NCBI GenBank assembly: GCA_012838425.1 | Contig: DUPG01000017.1 | Span: forward strand, 32,343 to 96,342 | DNA from: Clostridiales bacterium | Lineage (GTDB): Bacteria > Bacillota > Clostridia > Christensenellales > CAG-138 | Length of the DNA stretch: 64,000 nucleotides | Direction: 5' to 3' | Shown here: piece after piece, positions 17,613 to 26,533 of the stretch | How the letters are laid out: the number at the start of each line of letters is the position of its first letter | Position numbering within the stretch: position 1 is the stretch's first letter | Position numbers and translations under genes: made by a program | The notes under the pieces: model-generated | The model's input: the letters and a program-made list of their open reading frames with translations, nothing else | Database searches by the model: none | What the model was told of the DNA's origin: nothing

Positions 17613-17771
17613 AGAAAGGATAGCGTTGAATGCTATCAAAAAAAGCATTGACGGCAATATGAATATTGATGAAAGCATACCTAAGATTTAGGAGTGAGCA
17701 ATGAAGAAACGCTATGAGCTGCTGAATCAAGTCAAGCAAGCAGAATTTCAAATTATAACAAAGCTATTGAG

Positions 17772-18179
17772 TTGATTATGCCGGAGGGCGCAGTAGCTTC
17801 GCACGAGGATATAAAAAAGGCAAAGGAGATATTCGATAATTTAGGTTCGTATAGAAACTCTGTTAAAATGTCGCGGGCTTGCACTGAGGCGTTGCGATGG
17901 CAAGGCGTATGGAGGGGTGAATATGGTAATTATATTGAAGAAATAGCATTTGATTATTTCAGAGGTAAGGGCTATTGCATAGGGCATTACAGGCGAGGAG
18001 GAATAAAAGAGGAAATTAGTATTACCAGCTTCGACTGTGAATTTGACGAAAACGCAGTAAGGAAGAAGGACGGCAGCGCAGTTTTTGAATTCTGCTGGAG
18101 TTCTGTAAGTTTGAACGATAACGGCAAATTCAAAATATACGGGCTTTATAGTATTCAACGCTGGCAAATAAAAAGTTGA
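17772..18179 (+). CDS. hypothetical protein
   Basis: 135-aa ORF. No domain recognised. The start is uncertain (ATG at 17778). Confidence 0.35.
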   Translation: MIMPEGAVASHEDIKKAKEIFDNLGSYRNSVKMSRACTEALRWQGVWRGEYGNYIEEIAFDYFRGKGYCIGHYRRGGIKEEISITSFDCEFDENAVRKKDGSAVFEFCWSSVSLNDNGKFKIYGLYSIQRWQIKS

Positions 18180-18204
18180 ACGCCAATTTAATACGCGTTT
18201 TCGG

Positions 18205-18235
18205 GCAGCGGCAGGCGTGTCGCTGCTTGCTTTTT
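18205..18235 (+). terminator. putative terminator
   Basis: GCAGCG/CGCTGC stem followed by TTGCTTTTT. Confidence 0.45.
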
Positions 18236-18358
18236 ATACAAAAAAATATATACTCCCATTCCCCCATTATTCATTGAAATAAACCAATTTATATAGTAAT
18301 ATTGAGGTAAGTATCGCGCATGATACAAAAAATACATAGAAAAGGGAGCGAAATAGTA

Positions 18359-20611
18359 ATGATCGAAGTAATTACTCATGGCGTTTACCTCGTCGGCGGT
18401 AAGCCGCAGGAAGCAGCACCGGCAGGAATGAACCCTGAAAAGGGCAGGCAGAACACGATAGCGTATTCAATTCTGAACGCGCACAATGTAGGCGACTCAA
18501 AGAAAATGCGCATCAAGTTCGACAGTCTTGTATCGCACGACATCACCTATGTCGGCATAATCCAAACCGCGCGCGCAAGCGGCTTGCAGGAATTCCCCAT
18601 TCCGTATGCTATGACTAACTGCCACAATTCGCTTTGTGCGGTTGGCGGAACAATCAATGAAGACGACCATGTGTTCGGGCTATCTGCCGCTAAGAAGTAT
18701 GGCGGTATTTTTGTGCCCACAAACCAAAGCGTCATTCACTCATACGCAAGAGAAGCATTGGCAAAGTGCGGCGATATGATATTGGGCTCTGACTCGCACA
18801 CACGCTACGGCGCATTGGGAACAATGGGCGTAGGCGAAGGCGGCGGCGAGCTTGTAAAGCAGCTTTTGTCAAACACCTATGATGTTAACGCACCTGAAGT
18901 GGTGCTTGTATATCTCACAGGCGCTCCCAAGCGCGGTGTAGGTCCTCACGATGTAGCTTTAGCACTGGTAAAGGCTACATTCAAGAGCGGCGTAGTAAAG
19001 AACAAGGTTCTTGAGTTCGTAGGCCCCGGTATAAAGAGCTTGTCCGCAGATTTCAGAAACGGTATCGATGTAATGACTACCGAAACCACCTGTCTGTCAT
19101 CTATCTGGGAAACAGACGAGGAGATTCAGAAGTTCTATACAATCCATGGCAGACCCGAAGCATATAAGAAGCTGCAGCCTCAGGAAGGCGCATACTACGA
19201 CATGATGATAACCATAGACTTGTCTAAGGTTGAGCCTATGATAGCACTTCCCTTCCACCCCTCAAACGCATACACAATAGCAGAGTTCAAAGCAAACGCT
19301 AAGGACATATTGAGAGAAGTTGAGGAGGAAGCAAAGAAGACATTCGGCGGCAAAGTTAACCTGAAGCTCACCGACAAGGTCGTAGGCAAGGATGTAATGG
19401 GCGACCAGGGTATCATAGCGGGCTGTGCAGGCGGCCTGTTCGACAATATAGTCGAAGCGGCTCAGATTTTAGACGGTGGCTCAACCGGCAACAGCTATTT
19501 CGGACTATCGGTTTACCCCACAAGCGTTCCCGTAAACCTGGCATTGACACGCATAGGCGCTATAGAGAAGCTGCTCATGGCAGGCGCTATTGTAAAGCCC
19601 TCATTCTGCGGTCCGTGCTTCGGCGCCGGCGATGTTCCCGCAAACAACGGCTTGTCCTTGCGCCATGTAACGCGTAACTTCCCCAACCGCGAAGGCTCAA
19701 AGCCCAGCGACGGTCAGGTAGCTACAGTTGCGCTTATGGACGCCCGCTCAATCGCCGCAACAGCATTGAACGGCGGCAAGATTACAGCGGCTACAGAAAT
19801 AGAATACACACCCAAGCATGTTGAATACGAGTTCGACAAGTCTGTTTATGAGAAGCGTATATACTACGGCTTCGGCAAAGCAAATCCGAACGAGGAATTG
19901 AAGTACGGTCCCAACATCACCGACTGGCCGAAGATGTACCCCTTGACAGACCATATACTCTTAAAGCTGGCAGCAGTCATAAGAGATGAAGTAACCACGA
20001 CAGACGAGCTTATCCCCAGCGGCGAAACATCATCATATCGTTCAAACCCCTTGAGGCTTGCCGAGTTCGCGCTTTCACGCAGAGTGCCCGAATATGTAGG
20101 CAGAGCAAAGGCTATAAAGGCGATGGACGAAAGCCGCAGAGAAGGCAATGCGCCTGAGGAAATAATAAATGCGCTTTCAAAGGTTGGCAACGCAAAAGAG
20201 CTTATAAACGAAACCACAGTAGCTTCCTGCGTATTCGCTAACAAGCCCGGCGACGGTTCAGCGCGTGAGCAGGCTGCCTCCTGCCAAAAGGTATTGGGCG
20301 GCTTGGCCAACATATGCTATGAGTACGCAACAAAGCGCTATCGCAGCAACTGCATCAACTGGGGTATAATTCCCTTCACATTGGCAAAGGATACGAAGTT
20401 CGATTACGAGGTTGACGACTATGTATTCGTTCCCAACATTAAAGACGCTATTGCCAACGGTAAGGAAGAAATACCCGCTAAGGTCATCACCAAGGACGGT
20501 AAGGTGCACGACATCACGCTGTACTGCGCAGGCTTGACAGCAGATGAGAAGGAAATTCTCATTGACGGCTGCCTTATCAACTACTACGGCAGAAACCTTA
20601 AGAAGAACTGA
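18359..20611 (+). CDS. aconitate hydratase (aconitase-family Fe-S hydro-lyase)
   Basis: About 750 aa counted from the ATG with a GGGAG RBS. GSDSHT and CGPCFG cluster-ligand motifs and a C-terminal swivel domain. Confidence 0.85.
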   Translation: MIEVITHGVYLVGGKPQEAAPAGMNPEKGRQNTIAYSILNAHNVGDSKKMRIKFDSLVSHDITYVGIIQTARASGLQEFPIPYAMTNCHNSLCAVGGTINEDDHVFGLSAAKKYGGIFVPTNQSVIHSYAREALAKCGDMILGSDSHTRYGALGTMGVGEGGGELVKQLLSNTYDVNAPEVVLVYLTGAPKRGVGPHDVALALVKATFKSGVVKNKVLEFVGPGIKSLSADFRNGIDVMTTETTCLSSIWETDEEIQKFYTIHGRPEAYKKLQPQEGAYYDMMITIDLSKVEPMIALPFHPSNAYTIAEFKANAKDILREVEEEAKKTFGGKVNLKLTDKVVGKDVMGDQGIIAGCAGGLFDNIVEAAQILDGGSTGNSYFGLSVYPTSVPVNLALTRIGAIEKLLMAGAIVKPSFCGPCFGAGDVPANNGLSLRHVTRNFPNREGSKPSDGQVATVALMDARSIAATALNGGKITAATEIEYTPKHVEYEFDKSVYEKRIYYGFGKANPNEELKYGPNITDWPKMYPLTDHILLKLAAVIRDEVTTTDELIPSGETSSYRSNPLRLAEFALSRRVPEYVGRAKAIKAMDESRREGNAPEEIINALSKVGNAKELINETTVASCVFANKPGDGSAREQAASCQKVLGGLANICYEYATKRYRSNCINWGIIPFTLAKDTKFDYEVDDYVFVPNIKDAIANGKEEIPAKVITKDGKVHDITLYCAGLTADEKEILIDGCLINYYGRNLKKN

Positions 20612-20626
20612 ATTTAAGTCAGCATA

Positions 20627-20653
20627 GCGGAGGGTCAGCCCTCCGCTTTTTTT
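20627..20653 (+). terminator. rho-independent terminator
   Basis: GCGGAGGG-TCAG-CCCTCCGC followed by T7. Confidence 0.85.
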
Positions 20654-20879
20654 GTAATATAGTTACTGTTTACTTGCCGCAAAAAGCAAGCTTATTGAAA
20701 GCTGCACCCGTATATGCCGAATCTGTGCCGAGCTTTTCTGTCAAAATTCAGACAAGAGGCTTCAAATTCCTTATTCGAAATATGTAAATTTTCTTTCGAA
20801 AAATAGTGTAATCTAATTGCCTACATATATAATATGTGATAATATAGGCTTAGCAAGTCAAAATTTTACGGAGGTAGGT

Positions 20880-23753
20880 ATGAAGAAATTTATAGCTTTT
20901 GCTGTCGCAAGCGTTATGCTTTTCGCTTTTGCATGCACAAGTATAGCTGCAGGCGTAAACGCTGCAAATGTCAGCAGTGCAGTATCGGGAATAAAGTTTA
21001 ATACATTCACCTGCGATACATTCGGTATTGAAATAGGCGAAAAAAAGACGGTGCTATTCAAAACCGAGGTAGAAACGCACCATAAGCTTTCTGAAAAGGA
21101 TGTCGCAGTTTATGACGATAGCGGAAAAACAGTCGCGTATCTAAACGATTTAGGCAAAAATGGCGACGAGAGGGCGAATGACGGTATATATTCGGGGCGT
21201 GCGGTGATTACTGCCGATTCCATACGCGAGGTCAACTACCGCGTAAGCATAAAGGGCAATACAAGCTACACGCACACGATAGCATTCCACAAAAGCGTAA
21301 AAGATATTGACTGGGATTTGATTGACTTAACATGGGTTAAAATTGAACGCTTGGAAAAGAATCTTGAGGAATTAGGCGCGACTAACGAGGAGATAGTCGC
21401 GTTTGTTTATGATTATGTTTCCGGCTTAGACTACATAGAATCAGTTCAGTATGATGACGACCTTACAATAAGCTTCAAATACGATTCGGGCATTCAAAAC
21501 ATATTCGCAAGGTATAACGAAGATGTGAAGTCCGGCGCAGACGCTTTTGATTTAGAGCTTTTAGAAGAAGCTGTAAAGGCAACTGACGACTATATAGGCG
21601 AGAACACGCTTGCAGTATATTGCCCCTATTATGGCTATGACTCTAACTTCACATACAGTTACAGGGAAAGAGCATACGCCATGAACGCGGTATTGAGCTT
21701 TGATAAATTGGATCTGTACTATGGCGCAGCCGCTTCGGTTGAAAGCTTCAAGAATTTCGACCAGTACGGTATCATAATGGTTGACAGTCATGGTGCTGCA
21801 ACAAATGGCGGCGGCTATATCTGCATACCGGCACCGGGTAATTACGACCAGCAGGATATAGCGGAGGGACACTTAGTCCGTTCAGGCAGCACGATTTACT
21901 TGCGCGGTACATTCATGCAGAAATACTGCGACACATTGCCCAACACAATAGTTTATCTTGGAATATGCTATGGCATGGCGGCAAGCAACCTGTATGCTCC
22001 TCTGCTGGCGCATGGCGCAGGCTTCGTTTCGGGCTATGACGAGGCGGTTTCATTCGCGTTCGATGGTCAGATAATGAACAAGTTCCACGACACACTTGTA
22101 AAAACCAATCCTGCAACGAATGACCTGTATACGGTAAAAGAGGCCTATACAATCACAGTCAATGCGTTAGGCTCAACCGACCCGTACACCTCACAAAAGG
22201 CAAAATTCATATATCGCGGCAATGAGAATATGCACGCGCGTACGCATAAGGTGCCTGTTGAAAGCGTTAAGGTTACTCCCGGCGAGGTAACTCTGCATCA
22301 CAACAACTCAGCGCAGCTTTCAGTGGAGGTGCTGCCGCTTGACGCCATAAAGTACACGCTGGAGTGGTCAAGCGAGAATCCCGAAATAGCAACCGTTACG
22401 CAAAATGGGCTTGTAACCGCCAAGCAAACCGACGGTACAGCGAAAATTATTTGCACAGTAACCGACTTCGCGCTTGGCGAAAATGTGGTACTAACAGCAG
22501 AGTGCTTGGTTACGGTAGATGGTCCTTTGGCTGTAACAGGCTTAGAGCTTAAAACAGACAGTATAGAGGTATATACCCATAGCTCATACAAGTTAGAAGC
22601 GCGTGTATTGCCGTACGACGCTTCGAATCAAACGCTGTTGTATGAGTCGAGCAATGAGGAAATAGTTACGGTAAGCGCAGATGGCATAGTAACAGGTCAT
22701 AAGGTCGGCGTAGCTATATTGACCGTAACCACGCAGGACGGCGGCTTCACAGGAAAGGTGGTAGTCAGCGTTAAAGAAGGCGGATTAGACGCGGCGGCAA
22801 ACGCTCCCACAGGCAAGCTGAGCTTTACGCTTGATTCATCATATCCTTGGGTAGCGGAGGCTGTTGACAACAGGTTCGCGGCGGTATCCTCGAATGTAGG
22901 CGTCGGCAACACAGCCTCTATGATGGAGCTGAACGCAGGCAAGCTGCCGCAGGGCGCGCAATTGGTTTTCGAATGGAAGGTATCGAGCGAAAAGAACTGG
23001 GATAAGCTGAGATTCTTCATAAACGGTTCATTGAAGGCTGAGATTTCAGGTGAAACCGACTGGGCTGTTTATACATTCATTGTTCCGAGCGAGGGCGAAT
23101 ACAGGTTCACATGGTCGTATTTGAAGGATATGAACAACCATGTAGGAAATGACCGCGGCTATGTTGACAATGTAGATATTATTATTCCGGGAACGGTGCA
23201 TACGGTGCAGTTCTTAAGCTTTTCCGGAGAAGTGATTTCTACTCAGCAGGTGCCTCATGGCGAAGCGGCTGTGCTTCCCGCGGAGCCCAAAGAGTTAGGC
23301 TATATATTCATGGGCTGGTCCGTGCCTACATCTGAGGTTCGTTCGGATTTGGTAGTAGAACCGCTGTTCCTGCCCGACCCCGAGTATGTTCCCGTATATT
23401 ACACCGTTACATTCGTTGATTATGACGATACTGTGTTGTTTGTAGATACGGTTGAGGAGAGCAAGGCGGCAACTCCGCCCGATGACCCGGTAAGAGAAGG
23501 GCATAAGTTCGTAGGCTGGGATAAGGATTTCAGCTGTGTAACATCAGATATGACAGTAAAGGCGCAATATGTAATGTATGGCGACGCTAATGGTGACGGT
23601 CAAGTCAATACAGGCGATGCGATAATGGTGCTTATATACATGGTTAGACCCATAGAGCTAACCGAGCATCAAAAAATCGCATACGACTTCAATTTAGACA
23701 ATCAAATAGGCACAGGCGACGCCGTAGCGATTCTGAAAGCTGTAATTAGCTGA
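20880..23753 (+). CDS. large secreted multidomain protein: possible His/Cys protease-like core, 2x Big_2, beta-sandwich, 2x Listeria-Bacteroides repeats, dockerin
   Basis: Start taken at MKKFIAFAVASVMLFAFA (GGAGGT RBS). Big_2 repeats (VTPGEVTL..A.L.VEVLP; LELKTDSIEV..LEARVLP). Flg_new-type repeats (GYIFMGWS, GHKFVGWD). C-terminal dockerin GDANGDGQVNTGDAIMVL...DFNLDNQIGTGDAVAILK. MVDSHG...LGICYG is a possible catalytic dyad. Confidence 0.8.
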   Translation: MKKFIAFAVASVMLFAFACTSIAAGVNAANVSSAVSGIKFNTFTCDTFGIEIGEKKTVLFKTEVETHHKLSEKDVAVYDDSGKTVAYLNDLGKNGDERANDGIYSGRAVITADSIREVNYRVSIKGNTSYTHTIAFHKSVKDIDWDLIDLTWVKIERLEKNLEELGATNEEIVAFVYDYVSGLDYIESVQYDDDLTISFKYDSGIQNIFARYNEDVKSGADAFDLELLEEAVKATDDYIGENTLAVYCPYYGYDSNFTYSYRERAYAMNAVLSFDKLDLYYGAAASVESFKNFDQYGIIMVDSHGAATNGGGYICIPAPGNYDQQDIAEGHLVRSGSTIYLRGTFMQKYCDTLPNTIVYLGICYGMAASNLYAPLLAHGAGFVSGYDEAVSFAFDGQIMNKFHDTLVKTNPATNDLYTVKEAYTITVNALGSTDPYTSQKAKFIYRGNENMHARTHKVPVESVKVTPGEVTLHHNNSAQLSVEVLPLDAIKYTLEWSSENPEIATVTQNGLVTAKQTDGTAKIICTVTDFALGENVVLTAECLVTVDGPLAVTGLELKTDSIEVYTHSSYKLEARVLPYDASNQTLLYESSNEEIVTVSADGIVTGHKVGVAILTVTTQDGGFTGKVVVSVKEGGLDAAANAPTGKLSFTLDSSYPWVAEAVDNRFAAVSSNVGVGNTASMMELNAGKLPQGAQLVFEWKVSSEKNWDKLRFFINGSLKAEISGETDWAVYTFIVPSEGEYRFTWSYLKDMNNHVGNDRGYVDNVDIIIPGTVHTVQFLSFSGEVISTQQVPHGEAAVLPAEPKELGYIFMGWSVPTSEVRSDLVVEPLFLPDPEYVPVYYTVTFVDYDDTVLFVDTVEESKAATPPDDPVREGHKFVGWDKDFSCVTSDMTVKAQYVMYGDANGDGQVNTGDAIMVLIYMVRPIELTEHQKIAYDFNLDNQIGTGDAVAILKAVIS

Positions 23754-23768
23754 TATATGCCGCAAAAA

Positions 23769-23791
23769 GCCGCGCAATGCGCGGCTTTTTT
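23769..23791 (+). terminator. rho-independent terminator
   Basis: GCCGCGC-AAT-GCGCGGC followed by T6. Confidence 0.85.
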
Positions 23792-23961
23792 ATTTCACGA
23801 CGCATTAGCGGCTATTTCGGGGCTTAGCCCCATGCCCCACTGCTTTTCTTGAAAGAAAAGCAGCAAAAGAACACTTTATCATGAAATGTAAATGCAAAAA
23901 CTCATGTTGCACAGTACAATATTTCATGGTCAAAGACTATTTTGACGCATTAGCGGCTTAT

Positions 23962-23989
23962 TTGCATTATTTTATAGAGATTGTATAAT
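23962..23989 (+). promoter_or_regulatory. candidate sigma-A promoter
   Basis: TTGCAT, 16-nt spacer, TATAAT. Confidence 0.45.
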
Positions 23990-24023
23990 ATTATTGTAAA
24001 CATTTTCCACACAGGAGGTCAAC

Positions 24024-24710
24024 ATGAAATTTCTTAGGGTATTTGCTTTATCGCTTATCGTTTTGCTGCTTACGGGGGCATTAGTTGCCTGCGAGCAAAA
24101 GACCGGCACCACTGAGCCAACGCTCACCCCCTCTCCGACCGAAAGCCGCAAAAAGAAAACGTATAGTGATGTGAGCGGCGTGTTTTCCACATACTATGCT
24201 AATAGAAAGGGTGAAGTTCCCGACGGCACAACATTTGTTGTAGAAAAGGAAGGCAAGTGGTACATATTCATATTTCAGAACGGACAGCTTGTAGAAGGCG
24301 AGGTGTTTGACGAAAAGCCCGATATTCCGGAAGATATGGTGCTGGAAACCGATGAGAATTATCTGAATCAGATTCCTGAGGATGTTGAGATTTTCATTCC
24401 CGAGCCCACACCGTCAAATCTATTGGAAATGGCGCGTGAAGCCGCCTACAATACCGCTGTCGCGGCGTCTGCGGTGTATGCTGCTAACATTGTGGCAGAG
24501 GACAGTACAGCCAAAATTAAGGAAGGCACAACATTCGTTATAGAGAAGGACGGCGTATGGTTCTCGTTTGTGTATAAAGGCGAAGTGCTTGTAAAGGATA
24601 AGGTTTGGGAGGAGAAGCCTGAATCGCTTTCGGGCTTGGTGTTGGAAACGAAAGAGTCCCACTTGGATTCAATACCCGATAACATTATGATATTTATACC
24701 CAAGAACTAA
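24024..24710 (+). CDS. lipoprotein with two copies of an unassigned ~60-aa module
   Basis: 228 aa with lipobox LVAC. Internal duplication: GTTFVVEKEGKWYIFIFQNGQLVEGEVF...LETDENYLNQIPEDVEIFIP and GTTFVIEKDGVWFSFVYKGEVLVKDKVW...LETKESHLDSIPDNIMIFIP. Confidence 0.7.
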   Translation: MKFLRVFALSLIVLLLTGALVACEQKTGTTEPTLTPSPTESRKKKTYSDVSGVFSTYYANRKGEVPDGTTFVVEKEGKWYIFIFQNGQLVEGEVFDEKPDIPEDMVLETDENYLNQIPEDVEIFIPEPTPSNLLEMAREAAYNTAVAASAVYAANIVAEDSTAKIKEGTTFVIEKDGVWFSFVYKGEVLVKDKVWEEKPESLSGLVLETKESHLDSIPDNIMIFIPKN

Positions 24711-24824
24711 GCTTTAAGAAGTAAAAAGCGAGTTTCTGCTATGCTTGCTGTTTGCATATGCTTCGTGCAGGCAGCAAGCAGGCAATGCTTTTTGGCAGGC
24801 GAGAAATATGATGTGTTTCGCTAT

Positions 24825-24852
24825 TTGCTCAATTCTGTAACAGCATTATAAT
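24825..24852 (+). promoter_or_regulatory. candidate sigma-A promoter
   Basis: TTGCTC, 16-nt spacer, TATAAT. Confidence 0.45.
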
Positions 24853-24896
24853 AGTAATGTAGTACTAACCTACTAATATAATTTATAGGAGGCAAT

Positions 24897-25277
24897 ATGA
24901 AGGCAAAAATTATTTCGCTTTTGCTGGTTGCTGTGCTTATACTTTCTGTGTGCGCTGCGTGTTCAAAAAAGGAGAGCGAGCAACAGCCGCAATTGAGCGA
25001 AGAAGAATCCACAGCTTTGGAGGATGCGCAAAAGGCGCTGTCAGCCTATCTTAAGAATACCGTAGGCGGCGAGGGCTCTGTTGTTATCAAGGATAAGCTG
25101 AAGTTTGTTGTTGAGAAGGCAGGCAAGCTGTATGCTTTCACATGGGAAATGGGAAAGATGAAAAGCAATGGCGAGATTGAGAAGGCAGACAATATAAAAG
25201 ACTATGAGCTTGTAAAGGATAAGGACTTATTGAAAGAGGTGCCAAATAATGTGAAGGTATATATCCCAGCAAAGTGA
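24897..25277 (+). CDS. lipoprotein, one copy of the same module
   Basis: 126 aa with lipobox CAAC. Module reads KFVVEKAGKLYAFTWEMGKM...LLKEVPNNVKVYIP. Confidence 0.7.
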   Translation: MKAKIISLLLVAVLILSVCAACSKKESEQQPQLSEEESTALEDAQKALSAYLKNTVGGEGSVVIKDKLKFVVEKAGKLYAFTWEMGKMKSNGEIEKADNIKDYELVKDKDLLKEVPNNVKVYIPAK

Positions 25278-25307
25278 TAGGATATAAAAATATATTATTT
25301 TATACGC

Positions 25308-25336
25308 TTGCTAAGTTTTGGGAGGGGGTGTATAAT
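25308..25336 (+). promoter_or_regulatory. candidate sigma-A promoter
   Basis: TTGCTA, 17-nt spacer, TATAAT. Confidence 0.5.
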
Positions 25337-25374
25337 TACCCTGCTACAAAAAAACAAAAAAAGGAGTGAAAATT

Positions 25375-25821
25375 ATGAAGAACTTTAAGCTCATTATTGT
25401 TGCGATGCTCGTTATCGCAATGTCGTTAGTATTGTTCGCAGCATGCGGTGATAAAGAGGAACCTACTCCCACAGCTACACCCGTAGGTACTGAGGAACCC
25501 GCAGGCACAGAAGAACCGCAAGAAACAGAAACAGTTGACGAAGCTGCAGAAGCTTTAGCTATTGCTAACACAGCTTTCGAAACATACAAGACCAATGTTA
25601 CAACTGCTGATCCCGAAGCAACAGTTGCTGACGGTACAGTATTTGTTGTAGAGCACAACGCTAAGTTCTACACATTCACAGTTACCAACGGCGCTCTCGT
25701 TGCTGGTGATGTTGCTGAAACCGAACCCACCACTTTCGAAGGTTTGGAAGAAGTAACAGATGCTACATTGCTCGCAGGTATCACTGACGTAAAGGTTTAC
25801 GCTGCACCTGCACAAGAATAA
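25375..25821 (+). CDS. lipoprotein, one copy of the same module; distinct codon usage
   Basis: Start taken at ATG 25375 (AAGGAG RBS), with lipobox FAAC. Module reads GTVFVVEHNAKFYTFTVTNGALVAGDV...LLAGITDVKVYAAP. Strong GCT/GTT/ACA/GAA codon preference. Confidence 0.7.
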   Translation: MKNFKLIIVAMLVIAMSLVLFAACGDKEEPTPTATPVGTEEPAGTEEPQETETVDEAAEALAIANTAFETYKTNVTTADPEATVADGTVFVVEHNAKFYTFTVTNGALVAGDVAETEPTTFEGLEEVTDATLLAGITDVKVYAAPAQE

Positions 25822-25845
25822 TTAAAATAAGTTTTTTGTAGCAGA

Positions 25846-25878
25846 AGCGTTAGGCGGCATTTCCCGCCGGCGCTTTTT
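25846..25878 (+). terminator. rho-independent terminator
   Basis: GGCGG-CATTTC-CCGCC core with outer pairs, followed by T5. Confidence 0.6.
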
Positions 25879-25904
25879 GTTTATCAGAATATGTGAAAAT
25901 ATGT

Positions 25905-25933
25905 TTGCTAATTGCTAAAAATTGTGCTATACT
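25905..25933 (+). promoter_or_regulatory. candidate sigma-A promoter with extended -10
   Basis: TTGCTA, 17-nt spacer, TGcTATACT. Confidence 0.45.
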
Positions 25934-25961
25934 GCTATATATTCTTATCAAGGATTGTGTT

Positions 25962-26441
25962 ATGAAAGAAAATACTTGCTGTTTTTCCGGTCATAGGCGA
26001 ATTTCAAAGCAAATGGTAGATTGGATAAACTCACGCTTGTTTTCTGAAATAATCAGTGCGGTGAATGAAGGCTATGATACCTTCTGCGTAGGTGGCGCTT
26101 TGGGCTTTGATACATTGGCGGCAAAGCAAATACTTGATATTAAGCAGGCTTTTCCGTATATAAAGCTGCGGCTTATTCTGCCCTGCAAAACACAGTATGC
26201 TGATTGGAGCAAAGCCCAAACAAGCCAATACATAGAGATTTTAGAGCGTGCCGACAGCGTAGAATACATTTCCGATGAATATACCTCAGGCTGTATGCAC
26301 GAAAGAAACCGCAAATTAGTAGATGAAAGCTCATTGTGCATATGCTACCTAACCTCAGCCGCAGGCGGAACGGCGTACACAGTCAATTACGCGAAAAAAG
26401 CAGGAATCGAAGTAAGAAACATAGCAGATTGTCTATTATAA
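25962..26441 (+). CDS. SLOG-family protein (DUF1273/YspA-like)
   Basis: Start taken at MKENTCCFSGHR. The CFSGHR and GGALGFD motifs are typical of DUF1273. Confidence 0.65.
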   Translation: MKENTCCFSGHRRISKQMVDWINSRLFSEIISAVNEGYDTFCVGGALGFDTLAAKQILDIKQAFPYIKLRLILPCKTQYADWSKAQTSQYIEILERADSVEYISDEYTSGCMHERNRKLVDESSLCICYLTSAAGGTAYTVNYAKKAGIEVRNIADCLL

Positions 26442-26533
26442 GCCTTTTTGCCGTTTGCAGCTCGCATCAAATGCACTTATTGCACAATATTTCGGAAAGC
26501 GCAGAACGAAAAATACGGAAAAACTAAAAGCGA

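Noticed and set aside
17507-17700. 47-aa alternative-frame ORF (MLIYAFGEVIALLSATNQSLIEERIALNAIKK...) overlapping the end of the 17349/17382 gene, possibly marking a frameshifted membrane-protein gene. A 24-aa ORF at 17701..17775 with an AGGAG RBS was also noted.
   Set aside because: I cannot tell a frameshift or pseudogene from chance overlap without homologs. Neither small frame has recognisable motifs.
19864-20313. Long antisense or shadow ORFs inside conserved genes. Examples: 19864..20313, 31618..32079, 35138..35599, 38817..39269, 42094..42465, 51475..51927, 53521..54006, 58396..58845, 59873..60301, 60262..60609, 62781..63215, 63425..63799.
   Set aside because: Each lies opposite or out of frame to a CDS with clear family motifs. 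They have low-complexity S/A/P/R-rich composition and no RBS.
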